The notes under the pieces were generated by a model that worked only from the letters and a program-made list of their open reading frames with translations, had not been told where the DNA came from and ran no database searches. 33,741 nt of DNA, taken from assembly GCA_001275005.1 (NCBI GenBank), contig JWZX01002434.1:1-33741 (forward strand), in the 5' to 3' direction. Made by a program: the position numbers and the translations under genes. This document shows, in pieces, positions 21,048 through 30,471 of the stretch (its first letter is position 1; each line of letters begins with the position of its first letter). Source of the DNA: Chrysochromulina tobinii (Eukaryota).

Positions 21048-21740
21048 CTACTGAGATAGTCCGTCTGAGTGGTCACTGCTTCTCTCTACAGCCGGAAACC
21101 ACTTGCGCGCACGAAAGGTGGCACCGAGTTGCGCGGCCAGGATGGCGGTGGCCTCAATATCGACATCGGGGGCTTCGACGGCGGTGCATTCCACGGCTAG
21201 CCCAGCGTCCACACATGCACTCACGAAGCCTCGCACCTCCGAGAGTCCGAGCGACAGGCTGAAGACGGGCGAGTACCTCAGCTTCTCGGGTTTCATGAGC
21301 TGCACGTACTGATCGGCGTTGGCTGTAGCGAGAGCCACGGTTGCCGCGCTCACGCCCGCGGCCCGAAGGCGAGCCGCCGTGTCGGGTGCCTCGCTCGTGG
21401 GCACCAACCCGTTCGTGTTGACGCGCAGCACTAGGTCGTGAGGGTGCTCACTGCTGATGAGAGTCGCCGCCGCTTCGAGCTCGCGTAGCCGCAGCAGAGG
21501 CTCGCCGACGCCAGCAAAGCACACCTCGCTTGGTATGTCATTGCTTGCAAAAGCAGCACGAACGGCCTCAGCCACATCAGCAGCGCTCGGCTCGTTTCCA
21601 GCCGGCAATGGCACGAAGCCGCTCGCTGACGACATCGCAAAGCCAGGGCCGCGCGTCTGTGGCAGCGGCACAGCGTTGCATCGGTTCGTCAGCGCCACGT
21701 AAAGGGTCGAGCCGAGGCGGTACGTCAAGCCGGGAAGCAT
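21048..21740 (-). CDS. TatD-associated radical SAM family-like protein with a degenerate CxxxCxxC motif
   Basis: LTYRLGSTLYVALTNRC, EVCFAGVGEPLLR, LRVNTNG and LGATFRARKW follow the TatD-associated radical SAM pattern. The second and third cluster Cys are absent. Confidence 0.78.
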   Translation of the reverse strand: MLPGLTYRLGSTLYVALTNRCNAVPLPQTRGPGFAMSSASGFVPLPAGNEPSAADVAEAVRAAFASNDIPSEVCFAGVGEPLLRLRELEAAATLISSEHPHDLVLRVNTNGLVPTSEAPDTAARLRAAGVSAATVALATANADQYVQLMKPEKLRYSPVFSLSLGLSEVRGFVSACVDAGLAVECTAVEAPDVDIEATAILAAQLGATFRARKWFPAVERSSDHSDGLSQ

Positions 21741-22134
21741 ATTGAACGCCCTCTGTGAACAGCGCGTTCACGGCTGTGAACGTCCGTGTGCGAGAGCTGG
21801 CTTCTCATTCCTCGAATTTAGAGGGCTTCTGTTGCGGGTCCGGACGGCCCGTTCTGGGTTCTGGCTCACCATCTGTCGTTCCCACGATCTCGTCAAAAGA
21901 TGCCGCGTAATAAATCTTGGTGGAAGTGCGCGCGGTGGATCTCTGTCTCTTTGTGAGTTTGCGAGCCATGGTCTTTCCTCTTGCACTGTCCTGCCCTCAT
22001 TCCGCGGCTGTCTGTAATTTGAGTCTCTCTGTGTGGAACGGCATCGTGGCATGGGCTCTACGGATACCCTCTACTGTAAGGGCACAGACACATGCACGGG
22101 CGGTGGGGGCACCACGTATGCATGCGCCTCGTCC

Positions 22135-22722
22135 TCACAGGCTGGCCAGATAGTCCTCAACGGCCTTCATCCGATACTTTTTGGCCAGCACGAGCGGAGT
22201 GTCGCCGCCGATGGTCTGCTTGTCAACCTTCGCGCCGGCAGCCGTCAGCAGCTTTACGCACTCGAGCCTGCCGTTGCGCGTCGCCATGTGCAAAGGGGTC
22301 TCCTTCCACTGGGTAACAGCATCCACCTCGGATCCGGCCTTGAGCAGCGTCTCGACTGCCGCGTCATTGCCCACTTGAGCAGCACGGTGCAGCACCGTCT
22401 TGCCGGCCGTATCCTTGGCGGAAGCTAGATCCCAGCCCCCGTCGACCATGAGCTTGAGCGATGCCTGGTCGCCGGTGCTCACGGCGTAAAAGGCTGCACT
22501 CTGCTGCTCTGACAGCGGAGGGTTGGCCTGCTTCGCAGCGGCGGCCCTCGCCTTTGGATTGTCGAATTCGCTGAGCGGCGGCAGGTTGAAGGCCTGCGCC
22601 GCCTGCAGCGGTGCAACGGCGGCAGCGGCAGCGCTCGAGAGCAACGCGCGGCGGCCGAGCGTCGTCTGTGCTCCGCCGGTGAGCGCCGATGCAGCCAGCG
22701 CGAACAGGGCAGCGCAAGCCAT
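22135..22722 (-). CDS. Ankyrin repeat protein, probably targeted to the thylakoid lumen
   Basis: Ankyrin motifs GKTVLHRAA, ETPLHMA and GDTPLVLA. Presequence: signal peptide, twin-Arg GRRALL, hydrophobic stretch, AQA|F cleavage site. Confidence 0.85.
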   Translation of the reverse strand: MACAALFALAASALTGGAQTTLGRRALLSSAAAAAVAPLQAAQAFNLPPLSEFDNPKARAAAAKQANPPLSEQQSAAFYAVSTGDQASLKLMVDGGWDLASAKDTAGKTVLHRAAQVGNDAAVETLLKAGSEVDAVTQWKETPLHMATRNGRLECVKLLTAAGAKVDKQTIGGDTPLVLAKKYRMKAVEDYLASL

Positions 22723-22946
22723 CGCCGCGAATCTTCACTTAGAATCTCGTAATTGCGTCGGCGCGGTGCGGGGGGCTGACGCCACGGTGTCGATACGCGT
22801 CGAAATTTGATGCGGACTAGGTCGAGGGTATTAGAACCGTCGAGGTGATCCACGATTTGTCGTTGACGAAGTAGTGCACGAGAGGCCCGGAGGATGTTCT
22901 CCTACCCCTGGTGCTTGGACGACGGTACCTGTACCTGTACCACACA

Positions 22947-24290
22947 ATGCGCAATGTTTTAACGACCGCTCTTCTGCTCGCCACATTGGCGCACTCCTCC
23001 GTCAAGAGGGCCGACGCCGACGACAACGCTGAGGGGTGGTACGCACCAGCATACACAGAGCCAATGGACTCGATTCTGCTGCTTGCACAGGACCCCGACG
23101 TGCAGTTCGCGGATCCGTCCAAATTCACCTATCCTGACACGATCACGGCGGTGCAGGCCGAGCTTGCCAAAGCTCTGCATACGCACGTGCACGTGCGCGT
23201 GCTCGTGGATCCCAAGAGCACCGCTCATCAGCAGCGGAGCTTCGAGCTGGCGCTGATGAAAGCCGGCCTGAGGTTGCCGGTACCCAACATTAGCTTCGTG
23301 AACGTGAGCCATTGTGACATCTGGACACGGGACACCGGCCCGATCTGGCTGCGGCGGGCCGGTGGGCGCGAACCGAGTCGCCTCATGATTAAGCCGCACT
23401 TTACATTGTGGGGCTACCTTGTTGGTGATCACGTGCGTGGCCCGTGGGCTACGTGCGACGTACCGAACACGGTCCCCGACGGCCTCAGTACGGCGCTTGG
23501 CCTGCCCGTGGAGAGCGCAACGGACTTCGTGACCGAGGGTGGTGACAAGTCCTTCAATGGCCTAGGGACTGTGATCATGTCGCGCGAAGTCGAGCGCCAG
23601 CGGCACCCTGGCCTGACAGACGCTCAGATCGAGGCTCTTGCGCAGAAGTACCTCCGCGTGAGCCACGTGGTTTGGACTCAGGATGGGGTGGCGGACGATG
23701 AGCAGTCGTACCTCGGGCCGCTCGAAGGCGAGGGAGGCCGTCGCGTGTACACCACCATCGGCACCGGCGGGCACGTCGACGAGTGCGCGCGGTTTGTTGG
23801 CCCGTACACCGTGGTGGTGCCTCAGCTGACGCCGCAGCAGGCGCAGCACTCGGCGCTCGCAGCGACGACCGCACGCCGACTGGACGCGAATGCGGCGCTG
23901 CTGAGCAACCAGACAGATCAGAGCGGCCGCCGTCTCGTCGTCGAACGGATGCCCTACCCTGAGGAGCTCTACCTGACTATCAATGCATCCGAGGGCACGT
24001 ACCAGCTGCTTGCCCAGCTACCTGAGTTAGGACTCACCCCAGGCTCGGGGAGTGTCGAAGTCATCGCAGCGGCCTCCTACACCAACTATGTGATCGCCAA
24101 CGGCCTCATTGTGCTGCCGCAGTACTACAAGCCCGGCCGGCCGCAACGATTCGCCGACGCTGATGCGCAAGCCGTGGCTACGATGCGCCGGTTGTTTCCC
24201 GGCTACGAGGTGAAAGGCGTCAATCCTGAGCCCGTGAATTTTGGCGGAGGTGGGCTGAATTGCATCTCGAATAACATGCCGGCAGCATGA
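22947..24290 (+). CDS. Agmatine deiminase / Porphyromonas-type peptidylarginine deiminase family, with signal peptide
   Basis: DIWTRDTGP, EGG, GHVDE, SYTNY and GGGGLNCIS (catalytic Cys). N-terminus MRNVLTTALLLATLAHS. Intronless. Confidence 0.88.
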   Translation: MRNVLTTALLLATLAHSSVKRADADDNAEGWYAPAYTEPMDSILLLAQDPDVQFADPSKFTYPDTITAVQAELAKALHTHVHVRVLVDPKSTAHQQRSFELALMKAGLRLPVPNISFVNVSHCDIWTRDTGPIWLRRAGGREPSRLMIKPHFTLWGYLVGDHVRGPWATCDVPNTVPDGLSTALGLPVESATDFVTEGGDKSFNGLGTVIMSREVERQRHPGLTDAQIEALAQKYLRVSHVVWTQDGVADDEQSYLGPLEGEGGRRVYTTIGTGGHVDECARFVGPYTVVVPQLTPQQAQHSALAATTARRLDANAALLSNQTDQSGRRLVVERMPYPEELYLTINASEGTYQLLAQLPELGLTPGSGSVEVIAAASYTNYVIANGLIVLPQYYKPGRPQRFADADAQAVATMRRLFPGYEVKGVNPEPVNFGGGGLNCISNNMPAA

Positions 24291-24468
24291 ACTGTTGGCC
24301 TTCGCCTTGTGCGTACTACGTATCTCGGATCGTTTCCGCGTGGTCCGGGGCGTCATCGGTCCGGGGTGAAACCGAACCGCGACGTAGTGATTTGATTTTT
24401 GTTTTTCAAAGGTGTAACGGGTGTCACATATTTCAATCGATCAGATTGAGAAGAGCTGTTCACGTTCG

Positions 24469-24570
24469 CAGCGGCCCGTTGCAAGCATCCTCAGGCAGCC
24501 GGCATGCAGCGCGATCCACGCGTGCACTCTCCGCCGGCCCACCGTCATGGGCAGCCTGGCCGTTGCGCTG
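24469..24570 (-). promoter_or_regulatory. Eukaryotic SECIS element (type II-like) in the 3' UTR of the SelW-like gene
   Basis: Sense strand: CAGGC-TGCCC-ATGAC-GGTGGGCCGGC-GGAGA-GTGCACGCG-TGGAT-CGCGCTGCAT-GCCGGCTGCC-TGAG-GAT-GCTTG. It has the AUGAC/UGAG core (24548-24544 / 24493-24490), a 10-bp helix II, an apical mini-helix and helix I CAGGC/GCUUG. Confidence 0.8.
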
Positions 24571-24615
24571 TGGCACAGCTCATCAATCGTGAGCTAGGAC
24601 ATGAGATCTGGATGA

Positions 24616-25202
24616 TTAGACACAGTCGCCTGCGCCATTGTCTGCGTCGAGCATGGCCTCAATCTCATCTGCCACCTTTGACCTCTGTTCGTCAGTACGG
24701 CAGGGTTCCGCCTGAAATTGGCTGTTGTACTTCGAGTACACGAGCTTGCCCACGGCCGATTCGTATTTTTTCGGGTATTTCACCGGCGGCGGCGGCCATG
24801 GCGTGGTTCCAGTTTGAGCCGCCGTCACCTCGAAAGAGCCCACATTTCCATCCGACGATGCAGTGATAGCCACCTCGTCGCCAAAGCGGTCCATGATGAC
24901 CTTCTTCAGCAGGGGCAAATCGTCGAACTTGTCAAATCACCCTCCGCAGTACCTACATGCATGGGGTTGATAGGTATGCAGGTCGATAAGTTGATGTGAG
25001 TTTGATAGGTATGCAGGGGCGGTCTTGGCAGCTTGGCTGCCGGTCAGGGAAAGGCAGCTCACTCGACGTGAACCATCAACTTGGGCTCGGCCATGAGCAG
25101 TGCTGCGCGCACGGCGTGGTGAGGTGCATGCTGCGTCAGAAACGAGTGCTTCAGCGCCGATGCCGCGCCGACAAAGACGAGAGCCAGAAGGGGACGCGAC
25201 AT
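24616..25202 (-). CDS. SELENOW: Selenoprotein W-like (Rdx family) with in-frame UGA-Sec, bipartite plastid presequence
   Basis: Exons 25202-25063 and 24952-24616 (110-nt GTGAG...TAG intron) give ...MVHVEYCGGU(TGA 24939-24937)FDKF...LKKVIMDRF...GSFEVT...GKLVYSK, i.e. SelW CxxU, FEV and GKLxxSK motifs. 158 aa. SECIS downstream. Confidence 0.9.
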
Positions 25203-25317
25203 GATTTCTTCAGGGTGGAGTCGGTCTGCAGAGTCGGACGCTCGCCGCCTCACCATTGGCTGTGAACCGGAGGATGTACGCACCGTGAATTCTAAACGCT
25301 AAGGAAAGGCGTGTATC

Positions 25318-25534
25318 GTCGCCCGCCTCGTTAGGTACGGTCCCCGGTCGGAGTACCGACGGACGACAAATCACAAAAGACAAGTTTTTTTCTATCTCAA
25401 CCGCCCCCTGGGCCTGCTCGCTGCTGCCAAGGGGGAGTCGGGAGATAACCAAAAGGGGGAGTTCGCTAGCCGCCCGATGGTCGCCCGCCTCGTTAGGTAC
25501 GGTCCGGTGAGACAAAAGATAACTTTTCTATCTC
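25318..25534. repeat. Dispersed direct repeat: 26-bp identical copies plus a degenerate AT-rich partner
   Basis: GTCGCCCGCCTCGTTAGGTACGGTCC at 25318-25343 and 25480-25505, each followed by ACAAAAGA-x-AA-x-TTTT..CTATCTC (25373-25398; 25512-25534). Confidence 0.85.
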
Positions 25535-25924
25535 GACATCTCTAAGATGTATGCATGCGGATACAGCTTACATCACAGGTATCCTCTACCAAGAACCATG
25601 CGGATGCGCATGCCCCGCACCATCCTCCTCATTAAGGCGACAGGGCCGCGCACGATTGTCTCGTCGCGCCGCAGCCTATACGGCGCTTTTCTCGCTCCAG
25701 CCATGAGCGCTTTTCTCGCTCGACGCTCCCGCCCACCCGGGAATCGACCACTGCAGTACTGGCAGCGCGGATCCCAACCTCCGTGAGCTCTAGCCCTAGT
25801 CGCTAGTGGATTGTCCCCCATGATTGCCCCTCATGTTCCAATGCCCCCCCATCGATGCGAGGCCACCCACGTCCTAAGACAATTGCACGCCAACATTCAG
25901 TGATTGATGTTGTTTCTTGCAAGC

Positions 25925-28877
25925 TTACTCGGTCGTGCTCGTCACGACGGTGGGCCCCTCCATTGAGAGGGCGCTGTTTGCGCACGGCGTGACCGCATAC
26001 TGGCTTCGGATGCCGAGCAGGCTGATGGCATTCGCAAGCACGATGATGATGCCGAGCACGTCCGAGCCTACGGAGGCCGTAATCAGGTACCCCTCAGCTT
26101 TCTCGAACGCCGTGAAGATGAGCACCAACGGCAGCAGCTTGAGCAGCAGCGCAATCGCGACGGAGTTACGCAGCGTGCGCGCCGTGCGCCGCGCGCCCAT
26201 GATGCCGTCTGCCAGCCGACGCAGGTCGTTGGTCATCAGCACGACACCAGCGGCCGCCGAGGCCAAGGCGGTGCCATGGACACCCATCGCGATGCCCACG
26301 TCAGCGGCAGCGAGGGCTGGGCCATCGTTGACGCCGTCTCCCACCATGCCGACGATCGCCTCGCGCCGAAACTCTTTGATCATGGCGAGTTTCTCGGCCG
26401 GCTTCATCCCCGCGACCGCCGTCGCGATGCCCGCCTGCGCGCGCACCGCCTGCGCCGTCTCTTCACAGTCACCCGTGAGAATCGTCGTCTTCACACCCAG
26501 ACCGGCGAGTGCCGCCATCGCAGGCGCTGTCTCGCCGCGGATCGCGTCAGAGAGCTGGCACGCGGCCGCGATCTCGCCGTCTAGCAGCACCCAGAGCACG
26601 CTGCTTCCCGAGCGTCGCCAGCCCGCGATGAGAGACGAGCCCAGGGTCAGCTCCGGGGGGCCGTCGACGGGCGGCGAGGGCGGCGGTGAGGGCATTGGCG
26701 CCGTAGCGGGCGTAACCGTCGGTTCGATGGCAGCCTCCGGCGCGAGCTGGGGCATGGGCGCGGGGGTGGGCGTCGGCGCGAGGTAGGGCGTCGTCGTAGG
26801 CGCGAGCTCGGCAGTAGGGCATGGCCCGTCATGGCAACACTCTCTGGGAGGGTTGCAGCAGTCACGATGGCAGCAGCGGCCACCGCAGCGACGACGGCGG
26901 AGGCCCCGCCGGTTGCAGCATTCCTTCGGGCCACACCCGCCGCCGCGGCACTTGCCACAGTCCTTCGGGCACGGCGGCAGCGGATCCGCCGCCGCCTCGT
27001 ACGCCCCACCTTTGAATGCAGCCTGCGCACACCGCGCGGCCTCCGTGGCGGCCTCGAGGGCAGCCTGCGCTTGCTGCTGCTTCTTCTGCAGACTCGTGAG
27101 CATGCGCGCGGGCAGCTGGTGCTGCTGCGCGTGCGCGACGTTCGCGTTCGCCGCTCGGAGGGCCTCGGCGGCGGCCTCCATCTCGGGCGTCGAGACGACC
27201 TCCCCTCGCGCGATCGCCGCCTCCGCCAGAACGCGTCGGGCGAGGCGCTCGTTGCCTACGTGCACCTTGACGCCCTCCACGAGCGCTTCGATGCCCTCAC
27301 CTTCGAGGAGCATGAACTCGGGCGCGGGCGGCGGGTCCACGCCGAGCGAGTCCGCAAACTCAAGGAACGCGGCGGCGATCGGGTGGGACGAATTCTTCTC
27401 AACGGCCGCGGCGTAGCGCATCACGCTCTCGATTTCGGCACGCCGATTGGCATGGTTCAGCGCGAGCTGGCGTAGGCGGAAGCGCCCCTCGGTGAGTGTG
27501 CCGGTCTTGTCCACGGCCAGGTGCGTCATGCGCGCGAGCAGGTCGAGCTGCTTCGCGTTCTTCACGAGGATGCCCCACTTGGCGAGCGCGGAGATGCCGC
27601 ACGCATTCGTGACGGGCATCGCCACAATGAAGGAGCACGGGCACGAGATGACCACGAGCGCCAGGGCGCGATGCAGCCACCACACGCACCCATCCGCGCC
27701 TGCGCCCGTGTGCATCCAACGCTCCGTCCAAGTCTCGGGTTCCTCGCCGTGGCCTCCCTCGCCGTGGCCGCTCGCGCTGACGTTAGCGCTGACGCTCGCC
27801 ACGACGCTCGCCCCATTCGGAGCGTCGTCCTGAGCGTCGTCTGTCCACGTGCACCAGCCGAGTGGGATGGTGGCGAGGAGTATGGCGGTGAGTAGGATGA
27901 GCGTGGTGTACACGCGCGCGAAGCGCTCCAGAAACACCTCGCGCCCTCCCGAGCGCTGCGCTTGTGCGACGAGCATGCCGAGCTGTGCGGCCGTGCTCTC
28001 GGCCGGTAGCCGCACGACGCGGACGGTTAGGACGCCAGTCTGGTTGGTGGTGCCTGCGAAGACTTGAGCGCCCGCCGCCTTGGACACCGGTATCGACTCG
28101 CCAGTGAGCATCGACTCGTCGACCGACGAGGCGCCCCCGACGACGTCACCGTCGGCGGGTACGGCGCCCCCCGGTTTGACCAGCAGCAGCTCCCCCACCA
28201 CTACCTCTGAGAGCGGTTTGTCGGCCGAGCCGTCGGCCGGGTAGGCGCGCTCGGGCAGCATGCCGCCCAGGCTGCCCGCGAGGTTGGCCGTGTGGTGCAC
28301 GCACCATGCCTGGAGCCACTCGGAGCCCAGGAAGAAGAAGGTAATCGCGGCGGCCTCTTCCAGGTCGAGGAGCACAAGCGCGCCGATGCAGGCGAGCGCC
28401 ATCGACGCGAACATGTTGAGCGTGCACTGCAAGAAGAGGCCGTTGAGTGCACGCACCACGAGCGTCGGCAACCCGAGCAGCACGCACGCCAGCGAAAAGT
28501 ACGAGTACGGCCACTCCCAGAACTCGGTGTCCTTGGGGCGCGCCCAGACGCCTTGGCCGATCAGGAAGAGCACGAGGCAGCACACCGCAAGGATCGTCTC
28601 CTTCGAGCACATTTCGCCGCGCTTCAGGCCCGCCCCTGGGCCGCCCTTTTGCACGACCGACGCGCCGAGGAGCGCCCAGTTGAGTGGGCGGAGCATTTGA
28701 GCGGCGCTCACCTTGCTCGGGTCGTGGTAAACCGCGACGCCGGCGCAACATCAGGTTGAACTTGAGGTCGATGACGCCCTCCATGGGGCCGAGCTTCTTC
28801 TGGATCAGCGTCACCTCCGACTGGCAGCACATGCCCGTGACTACGAGCTCGGTCACCTTGATCGTGGGCTCCCCCAT
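25925..28877 (-). CDS. P1B-type heavy-metal ATPase (Zn/Cd, plant HMA2/4-like) with a 1-nt frameshift near 28741
   Basis: N-terminal GMCCQSEV metal-binding domain, TGES, SCPC, DKTGT, SSHP and GDGVND. The N-terminal exon (ATG 28877) joins ORF 25925-28711 only if one base is removed at 28740-28741. Confidence 0.92.
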
Positions 28878-29227
28878 GTCTCCAACGGGATTGTGTTTGG
28901 TGTCGAGTGACGAATTCTCCCGGGCGTGAACAACTTCTTGCCTGGCCGGGTCACCGGTCTCAACGTCAAGCCGAGCCGAGCTTTCTGGATAGGTGGCAAT
29001 AGGGATACACCAGGTTTACACCAGGGGGTCATCGGGACGAAAGTCACGCCGTGCGCACTTTTTTGACCTAGTAGGGGACCTTGGCTAAGGTGACCTTCTC
29101 AGTTCTCACTACACTCAGGTAATTACCTCATAGGCTTTGAACACTGTGTTGTGACGCACACAGTGGACAGTGACACGTCGTTAGCGTTACCCATGCCGTT
29201 CCACGCCGCTCTCGCGGGCCCCATCTT

Positions 29228-29335
29228 TTGAGATTGAGAGTCAATTGAGCAATTGCAATTGAGATTATGTTGAGATTGACAGTCAATTCAAATTGAGAGT
29301 CAATTCAAAGCGTTGAGAGTCCATTGAGAGTGACT
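29228..29335. repeat. AT-rich array of the palindromic motif ATTGA-SAG-TCAAT
   Basis: Copies at 29233-29246, 29275-29288 and 29291-29305, degenerate copies at 29313 and 29323, plus half sites. Confidence 0.75.
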
Positions 29336-29465
29336 CAGGCAACCACAACGCACCACCAGCTAGCTCAACTGTCGCCGCATCGCCATGCGCTGTAGCACGT
29401 TGTAGGCGTCGATGGCTGGCGGCTGAGACGGTGGCTGAGACGGCGGCGGTTGCGTCAATCGAAAG

Positions 29466-29823
29466 CTAGCATTGCTGCTGCGCCTCGTCAATCGAAATGT
29501 ACCCCTTGGACGCCAGCAACGCGAACGCCAAAGCCCGCCTTTGCCTCGCTGCCAGCTGCAGGCTCTGTCGCTCCCTCGTCAGCCTGGTCTGGGTGGCCTC
29601 CTTCGGCGCCGCCGGCTGCCGCGGGCTGTCCGCGGGCTGCCGAGGGTCGCCACGCATGCGCCTCATCAACTCCTGCTGCTCTACGAGCTTCTGCATCGCG
29701 GGCTTTGGCAGCGGCGCCTTTGGCACCGGTGGCCTGGGCGCAAGTTTGGGCGGCGGCTTAGGCTGTGGTTTGGGCTGCGGTGGTGGTGGCGGCGGCCGCT
29801 GCTGCATTGGCTCCTCCGCCTCT

Positions 29824-29898
<75 letters not shown>

Positions 29899-30471
29899 TC
29901 CTCCTCCTCCTCCTCCTCCTCCTGATGATGATGCTGCTACTGCTACTGCTGATGATGATGATGCACCTGCTCCGGCTGCACCGGCTGCACCAGCTGCACC
30001 GGCTGCTGCGGCTGCTCCGGCTGGCTGCGTCGGCTCGACCACCACCGGTACCAGCGCCGGCTTCAGGCACATCATTATTAGTGCTGAGAGCCAGCCTTGA
30101 CTCGCTGCTACAGGTAGCTGCGCCATCGTCGCCTGCTGCCGAAGGAGCTTGGTTGACTGTATCCGCTCGAGCTTCGCTTCCAGCACCTGGATGTCTACTG
30201 CTGCCAGCAAATCTACGGCCGCCTCGGCTTTCGCTTCCTGAAGTTGCGCCGCACGGTCGTGCTGCATCTCCACGTAGCACTCATTCGTACCAGTGACTAC
30301 GTGCGACCTTAGTTCAGCAATTAGGTCGCGGGTTGACGCGTGCCGCAACTTTGCCGCAGCGGCCGATGAGGTCGCGACTGAGAGGTCGCGACCGGCGGGA
30401 CTGAGAGGACGTCGACCAGCGATGCTGGCGGACATGAATTTACACTCGCGTTTTGGACTGGAGAACTTCAT
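29466..30471 (-). CDS. Hypothetical coiled-coil / polyE-polyQ / Pro-rich protein (gene model uncertain)
   Basis: Coiled-coil-like N-terminal ORF from ATG 30471 or 30435, and a C-terminal ORF 29807-29466. A frame change near 30025 and a possible 45-nt intron 29966-29922 are needed to join them. Confidence 0.4.
29826..29965. repeat. Compound microsatellite (CAG)23 (GAG)9 plus CAT/CAG/TAG runs (minus-strand reading)
   Basis: Read directly from the sequence. Confidence 0.92.

Noticed and set aside
24953..25062. 16-bp repeat CCTGCATACCTATCAA x2 in the SelW intron as another exon-duplication intron
   Set aside because: Both copies are internal to the intron and do not duplicate exon sequence.
25318..25505. 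CRISPR-like repeat-spacer
   Set aside because: Only two copies, a 136-bp spacer, eukaryotic context and no cas genes.
29052..29058. TGCGCAC metal-response element upstream of the ATPase
   Set aside because: This 7-mer is common in GC-rich DNA, and MTF-1-type regulation is animal-specific.
29472..30296. PolyL, polyC, polyA and polyS ORFs over the microsatellite
   Set aside because: Alternative-frame readings of the CAG/GAG repeat.
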